The notes beneath the pieces are model-generated. The model ran no database searches. It had not been told where the DNA came from and saw only the letters and a list, made by a program, of their open reading frames with translations. The position numbers and the translations under genes are program-made. 64,000 nucleotides of DNA from Lepidodermella squamata (taxonomy: Eukaryota; Animalia; Gastrotricha), in assembly GCA_047495785.1 (NCBI GenBank), contig JBLDXI010000055.1, positions 1 through 64,000 on the forward strand. The letters run 5' to 3'. Position 1 is the first letter of the stretch; each line of letters starts with the position of its first letter. Of this stretch, positions 25,888 to 36,291 are shown piece by piece.

Positions 25888-26841
25888 ATGCTTAATGTTA
25901 AGGAAGTTCATAGCGAATTGAACAGCCAAGTGTTAGAATTACGATGCCCGGTCGTGTTTCGTAACCAGCCCGTAGGAGCATGTCTTGAAAAATGGAAATC
26001 GGAGGAATATTTGGCTAATGGCTTAGGAACAACGGCGATGTCTGTTCATGTGGTATCTTCTGATGATTATCAGTTAAACTTCATTAAAAAGAACTTCAGC
26101 TATCAAACGCTGTCCGGGCGCGAATTTATAAAGCGAGTCTTTGAAAAGCACCACTCGGATTTTTTCGTTAATTCGAAAGAGCGGTATTATTTACGAAGTT
26201 TGGGAACCAATGTCCGAAAGGAAGCCGCCGACGTTCGTAGTCAGTTTGCAATCGCTGCTTCGGATATTTCTTGGCAAATTTTTAATAGCGCTATGGGAGA
26301 TTCATCGTTGTATCACTCAAGCATCCTAAGAATCGCCTCAGAAAAACTGCGCATATGGACGCACTATGATGTTATAGATAACTTCCTGTTCCAAATTGTT
26401 GGCGAGCGCTTTGTGACGTTATATTCGCCGAAATATGCCGAATATGCTTATTTAAAAGGCGATAAAAGTGCAGTGATTGATCCATACAACTATGACACTA
26501 ATGCCTACCCGTTATTCTCAAAGATTCCTTTGTTAACATGCCACTTGAAGCCGGGAGATGTATTGTTCATTCCAGCCCTCTGGTTTCATCATATATCCAT
26601 GGGCGATAATGGTCCATCTATTGGGGTGAATATGTTCTGGAAAAGCCCTCTTTCTGTTGATCAATATCCTTCGAATGATTTATACGGCAATCGTGATCCT
26701 ATTCCTGGCGAACAAGCGCTCGGGCTTGCCGGTAAAATATCGAAACTGCTGAAACAAATGCCTACTGACCATGCTGAGTTTTATGCTAAGCGCGTGTGCC
26801 GGCAAATTATGGATGGATTTGTTGAGGATGAATGCAAATGA
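25888..26841 (+). CDS. TYW5: tRNA wybutosine-synthesizing protein 5 (JmjC hydroxylase), intronless CDS
   Basis: JmjC motifs WTHYDVIDN and LKPGDVLFIPALWFHH, plus TYW5 signatures YYLRSLG, YLKGDKS and DLYGNRD. First in-frame ATG is at 25888. Confidence 0.93.
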   Translation: MLNVKEVHSELNSQVLELRCPVVFRNQPVGACLEKWKSEEYLANGLGTTAMSVHVVSSDDYQLNFIKKNFSYQTLSGREFIKRVFEKHHSDFFVNSKERYYLRSLGTNVRKEAADVRSQFAIAASDISWQIFNSAMGDSSLYHSSILRIASEKLRIWTHYDVIDNFLFQIVGERFVTLYSPKYAEYAYLKGDKSAVIDPYNYDTNAYPLFSKIPLLTCHLKPGDVLFIPALWFHHISMGDNGPSIGVNMFWKSPLSVDQYPSNDLYGNRDPIPGEQALGLAGKISKLLKQMPTDHAEFYAKRVCRQIMDGFVEDECK

Positions 26842-26909
26842 ATATTTTTCACTATTCTACTTTATTAATTACGTTTTTATATGTTATATAGAAATTCTGT
26901 TTACTAAAA

Positions 26910-29342
26910 ATGACTGACGCCGGATTTTTCAAAGGCACATCTTGCGAACAAGACTCGCGCTTTGGTGACAAAAGGAAGAAAATGCTGCAGAGTATGAAGT
27001 TCGCTCCCGGTATTGAGGAAAAAGTTAGTTCCTTCATGTTTTGACGAACATCAGTTACAATTGTTTTCAAATTAGATTGACATGACAAAAATTAAGCTCG
27101 ATGTTATCAAGCCGTGGATTGCCAAACGCATTATCGAACTTCTAGGTATCGAAGATGATATTGTCATAGAGTTTGTGTTCTCACAGCTCGAAGAAAAGGT
27201 ACAGGATCACATAGAATTACCAACATGTCCTTATTGTTTTACTTCCGTAGAGTCCCGATGGTAAGGATATGCAAATATCGTTGACCGGATTTCTCAACGG
27301 TCACAATGCTAGAATATTTGTTGGTGAATTGTGGGGATTGCTCTCTTCTGCTCAGCGTCGACCTGATGGTATCCCCGAAATATTGATCCAACAGAAAATG
27401 GAAGAGATCAAGAAGCAGCAGGTAATCATATTTACCCTTATTGAAATTTATTTCAAATTTTGTAATTATCAGTTTGAAGAAGCACGTTCTGCTGCTTTGC
27501 GTGCTGCTGAGAACGCTCAAGCCGATTTAGAGGGACGAGACAAAGATCGTCGGCGAAGCAGAAGCCGTTCACCTCGAAATCGCCGTTCGAGGTCTCGTTC
27601 GCGCTCTCGATCCAAGAACCGCCGATCTCGTTCGCGAGGACGTGATCGTCGCTCTCGCACCCGCTCACCGAAGAGGTCAAGATCTCGCGAACGCAAGCAA
27701 GCAAGTCGGCGGTCGCCTTCGCCGATCAAAAAGTAAGTAATTTTTATTACGTGGCAACGAATAAATTATCGTAAATCTGCCCTTCAACAAGGTCAAATAT
27801 TTGTATAGCGATAACGTGGCATTATTTTGCGGTAAATCTTGCGATTAATTCATCTCACGCCCGTGCCTAACATAAAAAAGGCTTTTGTTGGTCGCCTCTA
27901 TCAAAAATAATATTTTTTGTCGATAGGCCCGTGGAAGCGAATGACGAGCCGCCGAAGAAAGTGACCGAAAAAGAAGATTCGCGCATGGATATTGACGAAA
28001 ATTCTCGAAATGGAGGGGAGTTGAAGCAAGCGCCTGAAAAAGTGGCTGATCCGAAGCCGGTCGAAGCCGAGGCCAAAAAGCGTTCAGATAAGTCTCGATC
28101 ACGAACAGTTGAATCGGACAAGTCTTCATCGTCTTCTTCGTCGTCGAGGTCGAAATCGCCGCCAAAGAAAAAGGAACGCAGACGTTCGCGAAGCCGATCG
28201 CGATCTGCCTCGGCAAAACGAAGTGGCCGCAGTGGACGGCACAAAAGTCGATCGCCATCGCCGAAGCGAACTGATAAGGACCGCGACAGAGATCGCCGAC
28301 GTGATGATCGCGATAAAAAGTAATTTTCAACTTCTTTTTCTCCTATTTACTTTAAATTATCATTTTCAAATTGATTCTCGACAATTTTGAAATGCCTTGT
28401 ATTAAGCCGGTTTTTTGTCATTTTCACAGAGATTCAGATCGCAGCAGCAGTCGCCGATGGTCTCCACCTAAGCGGTCAATGCGAGCCGACGATTACGAGC
28501 GCGATAAGCGCAAACCCCGCCGTAGTCGTTCTGACTCGCGCGAACGGCGTGACCGCGAAAAAGAACGGGAACGGGAGCGCGAAAGGGAACGCGAACGCGA
28601 GCGGGAGCGGGAAAAGGAACGTGAAAAAGAACGCGAACGGGAGAAGGAAAAGGAACGGGAACGTGAGAGAGAACGTGAGCGAGAGCGGGAGAAGGAGCGG
28701 GAACGCGAACGCGAGAAGGAGAGGAAGCGGGCTGAAAAGAAGGATGAAGTTAAAACTCGAGAGAGCCGATCTCGCAAAAAGGAATCTTCGTCATCCCGAT
28801 CAAGCTCGTCTGGGTCATCCTCCTCGTCCAGTTCCCGCTCGCCATCCGTCAAAAAGGAAGCTGCGAAGAAAGACAAGGCCAAGACGCGCCGATCTCCTTC
28901 ATCATCTCGCTCGCCGTCTCCGAAAAGAGCGGCCGGGAAAGCGCAACCAGAAAAACCAGCAAAAACTGCGCGTAGTCCGGAAAAGCCTGCGAAACGCGAG
29001 GCCGCAAAAGCTGAGGCGAAAAAAGTCGTGCCCGCTAAAAAGCGGCTTGAAAGTCAAACCTCTGACGATTCTTCATCGGAAGAGTCATCCTCGTCGTCCT
29101 CATCTGAATCAAGTGATAGCTCTGGTTCCTCTGACTCGGGTTCGGACTCGGAATCGGAAAGTGGAAGCGAATCGGGATCGAGCAGCGGCTCCGGCAGTGA
29201 AAGTGACAGCGGTAAGCGGAAATTAACGGCCGAGGAGTTGCAGCTTCGTGAACGTGCGATGAAGTCACTGCTGATGCGAAAAATGGCGTCGAAAATGGCC
29301 GAGTCGAATTCAGGGTCGACGAAACCAAGCGAAAACGCGTGA
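26910..29342 (+). CDS. SRRM1: Serine/arginine repetitive matrix protein 1 (SRm160), PWI domain
   Basis: MTDAGFFKGTSCEQDSRF...KLDVIKPWIAKRI...MQISLTGFLNGHNARIFVGELW is the PWI domain. It is followed by RS, RE/KE and Ser-rich exons and a terminal LRERAMKSL motif. Multiple short introns. Confidence 0.92.
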
Positions 29343-29768
29343 TCCTTGCCATTTTCTGAGCTTTCGTATTTTTCTTATAATACCACCAAGAACCGCTCCA
29401 GATGTGCTCTTTACTGACACTACCTACTACATTTTTTGTAGCTTTGTTCCTCCGGCTCCTGTTTGTGAAACGTTCATTGTAAAATATCTTGAGGCAAAAA
29501 AAGTGATGGCAAAAAATGAATTGCTCAGCAATAGAAATGAAATGTTGTTTTGATCCCGATGAGAAGAGAAGTTCTTGTTTCTTGTTTTGTTCCACAATAG
29601 TTATTGACCACTCGCTGGTACTAAAGGCCTTCTCTTCACGGTTGAAACATTCTGTTGTTACTCAATCATCACTTACTGTGACTGCTTACAAGAGCAAATA
29701 ATAACTAATAAATCTGTGAAATTCGTTGGTTAACTCAGTTTTTCTTCTTCATGTTTTAGGAGGCATAA

Positions 29769-30449
29769 ATGTCCACCTTAATTGTGGAAGAGCTAGTTAA
29801 ACTGACGCGTGGAGAATGCGATCGGCAGATGGTCGTCGAATGCGGTATCGTTGATTATTTGGACAGCGTTGTGACCGAAGCTGCCGCGGCCGATGACACT
29901 TCTTTGGTTGTAGATATCGATGGTCTCAAAGAAGTCGTCGATAGCTTCCTTCCTACTCTTGCCTCCTTACCTAGGTATATAACCCACCACGCCAAAAACG
30001 TTAATTTAAACATTATTTTCAGGGAATCTTTCGTCACATGGTTTGACGCGTTGTTGGCAAAAAAGCTCGCGGATAATCCAGAAAGTTCAAAAAATGACGC
30101 GCCGATCAAAAGCGAGGAGAAGAAAACTTTGGGAAAAGTTCAGCGGCATAGAAGCTCCTCGTCTCAGCAGGAGAATCAGGTTGCCTCCGGATCGGAAGAA
30201 GACCGAAATGAAGAGCAGCTCAAAAAACAAATGATCGAAAAGTTCTCCTACGTCGCTATTGATGAGTATCAAAAAGAGCATAAACCACGTTTGGTGCTGG
30301 ACGAGGACAAAAAATTGACTCGATTCCGGGACAATAAAGTCGTCACTACGAAAGGCGATCGTTTCGCGGTGGAAAAGAAGCCCGAATCTGAAGAAATGAA
30401 AGGAACATATGTTCATATTAAGCAATTGCGACGCTTCAAATTTCATTGA
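29769..30449 (+). CDS. CUEDC2: CUEDC2-like protein (apparently lacking the CUE domain)
   Basis: The C-terminus KKLTRFRDNKVVTTKGDRF...EEMKGTYVHIKQLRRFKFH closely follows the CUEDC2 C-terminus as I recall it. A 48-nt in-frame GT-AG intron lies at 29975-30022. Confidence 0.8.
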   Translation: MSTLIVEELVKLTRGECDRQMVVECGIVDYLDSVVTEAAAADDTSLVVDIDGLKEVVDSFLPTLASLPRYITHHAKNVNLNIIFRESFVTWFDALLAKKLADNPESSKNDAPIKSEEKKTLGKVQRHRSSSSQQENQVASGSEEDRNEEQLKKQMIEKFSYVAIDEYQKEHKPRLVLDEDKKLTRFRDNKVVTTKGDRFAVEKKPESEEMKGTYVHIKQLRRFKFH

Positions 30450-30767
30450 CTTGTCATTCAATTTCTTGACCTCAAATTTTTGTTTTGCCTTGTTCGTTCT
30501 CATTGGCTTTCTTTTTACGATTTTTTCTACGATTCGCATCAGTAATAAAATGCAAGGTGTTTTATTGGCATTTTTTAACTTTTGACTAAAGGTGAAATGC
30601 TTTAGTAGCAAGAATCGAGACTCGAGACTTGGCACGAGCCGGTGTTGCGCAATGACTGTAATTTTCTGTTTTTGAAAAGCGCCAATTCGGCACGCGCGAG
30701 GAAAAGGCGTTCTTCGTTTTTTTGCCGGCACTCCATTTTTTTAAACATCCATAATAATAAGTCAATA

Positions 30768-31795
30768 ATGAATAGAGCAGAGTCAAGCGAGGAGCCTTTT
30801 CATCATTTTTACAAGTTACTGCTGATTGGCGATCAGTATACAGGAAAGACTTCGTTACTCCGGCGGTTCACAGAAGAAAAGTTCCAAACCAGCTACCTTC
30901 ACACGATCGGTAAAATTTACTGCATGCGCATAAAAATGATAGCGATTTTTTGCGCTGTGATAGGTATCGATTTCAAAATTCGAACAGTTGAGCTTCATGG
31001 AAAAAAGATTCGGCTTCAACTGTGGGACACAGCTGGGCAAGAACGGTAAAATAGTAGTTGAGAACTTTTTTCACCTTCATTTTCCCCATTTTTCAGGTTC
31101 AAGTCTATTACATCGGCTTATTACAGAGGAGCTCAAGGCGTAGTTTTAGTTTACGACATAACTGAGCGTAATTCATTTGTAAATATCAGAAACTGGTTCA
31201 ACGACGTTCGGCAGGTAAAAATAATTATTCATTACAAATCAACGGAAATTTTAACAATTCAATTTTTGTTTAGAATGGCTCTAGCACCGTTGAGAAAATT
31301 TTGGTCGGTAATAAATGCGATATGCCTGAGTCGAGGATGGTGCTTGAGGAAGAAGGACGGCAATTGGCCTCGGTTATCGGTGCTCGCTTCATCGAATCCA
31401 GCGCTAAGAACGGCACCAACGTTGAACGGCTATTTCTCACCCTAGTCAGCGATATTACAGCCAAGAAATACTCAACAGCGACAAGCATTTACACGAATTG
31501 CTTAAATTCAACGTATCACGGGGTTCCAGTTACGCCTCAACGAACTGTCAGCTTCAGGCACGATACCAGGTTAACCACGACTGCGCCTGTTAAATCTCGA
31601 CCGAATAGCTTACACGACTATTTGACTCCAATCGATGATGGGCCACGAGTAGCACCACGCCAAATTATGCCAGCTCCGGTTGTGGAACCTGAGCTGGTGA
31701 ACACAGTTCAACCATTTCGGGTCGGGGAGGGAAATTCACTGCGAGCAAAATCTGCGAACGGCTCTCATCGCAATTCGTGCTGCCGATTTTACTGA
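30768..31795 (+). CDS. Divergent Rab GTPase (Rab8/Rab10/Rab13-like) with an extended C-terminus
   Basis: [41 protein letters not shown] and a terminal CCRFY prenylation motif. Four exons. Confidence 0.88.
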
Positions 31796-32417
31796 CAAAT
31801 CACATTTGATTGATCGACTCGGACAATACCGAAAAACAATTTTGTGAATATTCTGCTGCGAAAAATAATTACACCGTATTATTATTTTGCCTACACTAGC
31901 TGTATTATTTTTTTTCGTGTGTTTATTTATGTTTAATAAAGAATCATATTTTGCCAATAACATTTTTTGACGAGGCTGGCTGAGACAAAAAAATCGATGC
32001 GCATAATGCGGTATTTTCTCGCCAGACGGATGTTGTTTATCAGTGCCCCTGTGTACATAATCTCGCGCATTTACCTGGTTGCGGTTTAACTGGTGCAAAT
32101 ATTCATGTGCTACAAAATTAATTTGTGTCATGCAAAGCCTATATCGAGTGGCTCGACTGAAAATTTCTTGTCACGTGTGTTCGCCCAGCTCTCGGCGACA
32201 CGCGCTGCCAAACCACACGACAGGCCCTAGATGATCGTGTGGGTGGAATTATTTTTGTTATTTTTCTAGCCTCATTCCTTCTGAATAAATGCAAAAAACA
32301 ACAAGACCGTGTAGAGTGCGAATTTTTGCGCTTATTTTGCGCTCACTTAATTACTGAGCTCACTGAAGCTGTTTTCATCTACCACAATAGGTGCATAAGC
32401 TTTTTACATTCATTGAA

Positions 32418-33341
<924 letters not shown>

Positions 33342-33426
33342 CCTAGAACTTGGCTCAAAAGGTTATAAACAACACGCAAAAATTATTACGGAATATACGC
33401 TTCTAATTACGCGAACGTTTTCATCG

Positions 33427-34157
33427 ATCTAATGCATATCTTTTAAACCTCAAATTCGAAATAAAAGAAATCAGTTGGTTACTATTCCTGCAGAGCTTGG
33501 AATGACACCCAAGTACTTGAATGTTTTTCGAATAACAGATTTTATATATTTTTCCGGAGTAGCGCTGGTTTATTGCCCACTTGTAGATAGTAGTGTCCCA
33601 ATCTATGATATTTTCTCCAACATTCAATTAGCACCTTGTACTAATCGAACCGGATTGAATGATTAGCCAATGGAGAAAAAAATCCGTAGAAAAGAACTTG
33701 ATATAACAACGGGAACTTCTGTATCGATTTAAAACTGAAACGACTCGTGATGGTTTCTTGAAAAAATTGAATATCTAATGCATATCTTTTAAACCTCAAG
33801 TTCGAAATAAACAGGCAGTTGGTTACCATTTCTGCACAGCTTGAAGAATGACAGCCAAGGACAGAAAATGTATTTCGAAGAACATATTTCACACATTTTT
33901 TCCTGAGTAGCGCTGATTCAACGCCCACTGTAGAATATAGTGTCCAAAGCTATGATTGTTTCTCCAACATGAAGTTTCCTATTAGCACGTTGTACATGAG
34001 GTTCAAAGTTGAATGAATCACACCAGATTAAATGAAAACTGAAAAACCAATTGGCAAAAATCCGTAGAAAACAACTTGATAGAAAATCGGAACTTTTGCA
34101 TTGATGTAAAACTAAAACCACTCGTTCTCGGGTGAAGGTTTCCATTAAAAAAATTGA
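33427..34157. repeat. Diverged tandem duplication of a unit of about 345-385 bp
   Basis: Copies at about 33427-33770 and 33773-34157 both start ATCTAATGCATATCTTTTAAACCTCAA, share AGTAGCGCTG, TTCTCCAACAT and AAAATCCGTAGAAAA, and end in AAAAAATTGA. Confidence 0.85.
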
Positions 34158-34161
34158 CAGT

Positions 34162-34233
34162 TAGCAGAGCGTAGTTTCGATCTACAGACCTCTGGGTTAT
34201 GGGCCCAGCGCGCTTCCACTGCGCCACTCTGCT
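34162..34233 (-). tRNA. Initiator tRNA-Met (CAT)
   Basis: Sequence AGCAGAGTGGCGCAGTGGAAGCGCGCTGGGCCCATAACCCAGAGGTCTGTAGATCGAAACTACGCTCTGCTA shows A1-U72, three G-C pairs in the anticodon stem and an ATCGAAA T-loop. A T7 terminator lies downstream. Confidence 0.97.
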
Positions 34234-34410
34234 TGTCTGGATTTCGATCTCTGATGGGCTCTTGTAAGACGAAAGCAGGAATGTTGATAATTACTTAACT
34301 CTCGACTCGAGTTACTCTGGACTCAATTACAAATTTAATAAAGAATTCCCCAGTTGAAAGGCTTGAATTGTTTTCCCAACTAGAAATGTATCCAAGGGTT
34401 CCAACATGGC

Positions 34411-34482
34411 GGCTCAGTAGCTTAGTGGTAGAGCGTCTGTCTCGTAAACAGAAGATCGCGGGTTCAATTCCCGCCTGGGCCT
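34411..34482 (+). tRNA. tRNA-Thr (CGT)
   Basis: GGCTCAG/CTGGGCC acceptor stem, D arm TAGCTTAGTGGTAGAGC, anticodon arm TCTGT-CTCGTAA-ACAGA and T-loop GGTTCAATTCC. Confidence 0.95.
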
Positions 34483-34558
34483 ATCCTCTATTTTATACTC
34501 GCTCGTTGAAATCATCAGTGAAATGGCAGACTTGATCAAGTTTACAAGAGCTTCTAAT

Positions 34559-34855
34559 GGCTGGAAGCAGTGGCGTGCTTCTGTAACTCAGCGACTTGAG
34601 AGCCGGGCTTGCCGAATGGCTGGCCGGTGGGAGCCCTGTCTCTGGATGTCACATGTCGATCGAGCGCCCCGTGTAAGTACGCCATCAACATGGTCGGTGC
34701 GGCGGAGGCCGTACTGCCCAGGTTGCGTAATGACACGTCAAAGGTCAGGTCCTAACGGAAGCAGCCTAACGATGTGCGTGGTGAGCGGTACCGGGACAGT
34801 GCTTGTGAATGTGCGCCTTAGCCAGCCCATCGGTTCAGCTGGACGTAAACCTTTT
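34559..34855 (+). ncRNA. Signal recognition particle RNA (7SL)
   Basis: Alu-domain start GGCTGGAAGCAGTGGCGTGCTTCTGTAA, then CCATCAACATGG, helix 6 with a GGAG tetraloop (34704-34707), CAGGTTG, and helix 8 GGTCAGGTCC-TAAC-GGAAGCAGCC. About 295 nt long, ending in a T9 run. Confidence 0.9.
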
Positions 34856-35305
34856 TTTTTCTTTTTTTCAGTTTGATTTTTTTGTCCGATCTTACATTCC
34901 TTATTTTTTCAAAATGATTTGTGCTCGAAGCTGGTTGATATTTTTTCGGAGACAGGACGCATTCAATAAGGAAGCAGCCATCAGTTTCAATCAGATCACC
35001 CCATGAGTACCTGGTATCAACTGTGAGTAGTACATCGGTATTGATGAGGTTGATCAGAGTGTGGAAAAAGCCCAACCAGCAAGAAAGATAAAGATGAACA
35101 GTCAGTGAGCTATTGGGCTCGTAAAATGACTAATTTTGAATGTTGTAAGATATTAATCATCACATATTATGTTTACTTCATTGTGTTCGCTTTCCGCTTT
35201 CCACTAGAAATCGAATGTTCATTGTGGAGTTTTGATCGCACTGATTACTTATGTGATCGCATGAATTGTCATATGATTAGCTATTGACTCACAACTCACA
35301 AGAAA

Positions 35306-35371
35306 CGGCGTGAACCTGAGTCTGACTTGTGGATATTTGGGCAAATATCCTCAAAAGTCAGGTTCACACCG
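35306..35371. repeat. Imperfect palindrome / long hairpin
   Basis: CGGCGTGAAC...CTGACTT..GGATATTTG-GG-CAAATATCC..AAGTCAG-GTTCACACCG forms nested inverted repeats. Confidence 0.7.
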
Positions 35372-35563
35372 CTCAACCTAAAACAAAGCGGGTACCTAAC
35401 AGCCCATGTGCGGTCAGCAGGCCTATGGTCTGAAAGCTCCGGCTAACAGCCACACAAATTGGCGCTAAAATTTTAAATTTTGTCTTGACGTTTTTTTGAC
35501 GTTATCATACAAAACAATTTTAAAATAATTTATCTGTATATTATTCATGTTTATAGTAATTTT

Positions 35564-35576
35564 GTTGCTTGGTTAC
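35564..35576. promoter_or_regulatory. Candidate RFX X-box upstream of the FBXW10-like gene
   Basis: GTTGCTTGGTTAC resembles the X-box consensus GTTNCC-N(0-3)-RGYAAC. It lies about 700 bp upstream of the ATG, ahead of probable 5' UTR exons. Confidence 0.35.
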
Positions 35577-36291
35577 GGCGTGTTCGAAATAGCGCATGTG
35601 AACATTCTTGGCTGGATATTTGCTATTTTGGCTCATCTGTGGTGTTATAGTGCCCGGACGCTACTATCGACTAAATTACGTACCCGGTGGTAAGCTGAAA
35701 GTGATGTTTGGAAAACCCTCGTGAGATTCAGTGAATTTGTAATTCAAATCTTTTTGTATGAGATTAGTGAGTGAGAACACGTTGAAGAATCCAAGAATCA
35801 CACTGACATAAAAACGAGGATCGCATCCTTTGGCTTTCTTAAAAACTTATCTCCAGAGTTCAAAAGCTAAAATGAGACCGCCAAGGAAATCGGCTCAGCA
35901 AATTTGGGATTACATGTTGCATTTGGCTGTTCGTAGTCTCGTCATATTGAATTTCCTTACTAAGGAAGCTGTTTCTAAGAAGCTTAGTATGGTACCTTAG
36001 GAAGGATTTGCCTGTATTGTGCCACCGCATGCTTACTAGGGATAGATACTAAGGAAATCCTTCGCCTTTTGGTGTTGACTTTGCTCATTCCGCCGATTCG
36101 TGTTTGAGCTATTTTGAGAAGAGACCATTCAAATCTAAGTAAATAGAGTTCTTAAAGCTCCTTATTTCTCACATATAAACTCTAAGGACATATTTTTGCA
36201 TTGGTTGGAAGTATTTAGAACTAAAAATAGTGCGTATAACATCTACAGCAATGATACGCTTTCTTGTTTTACGTAGGGAAGAAGTTGACAA

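Noticed and set aside
28493-28882. Antisense RS-repeat ORF
   Set aside because: It is the reverse complement of the RE/KE repeat of SRRM1.
34245-34295. Hammerhead-ribozyme-like CTGATGG...GAAA between the two tRNAs
   Set aside because: The core reads CTGATGG rather than CTGATGA, the cleavage-site base would be G, and stem I cannot form.
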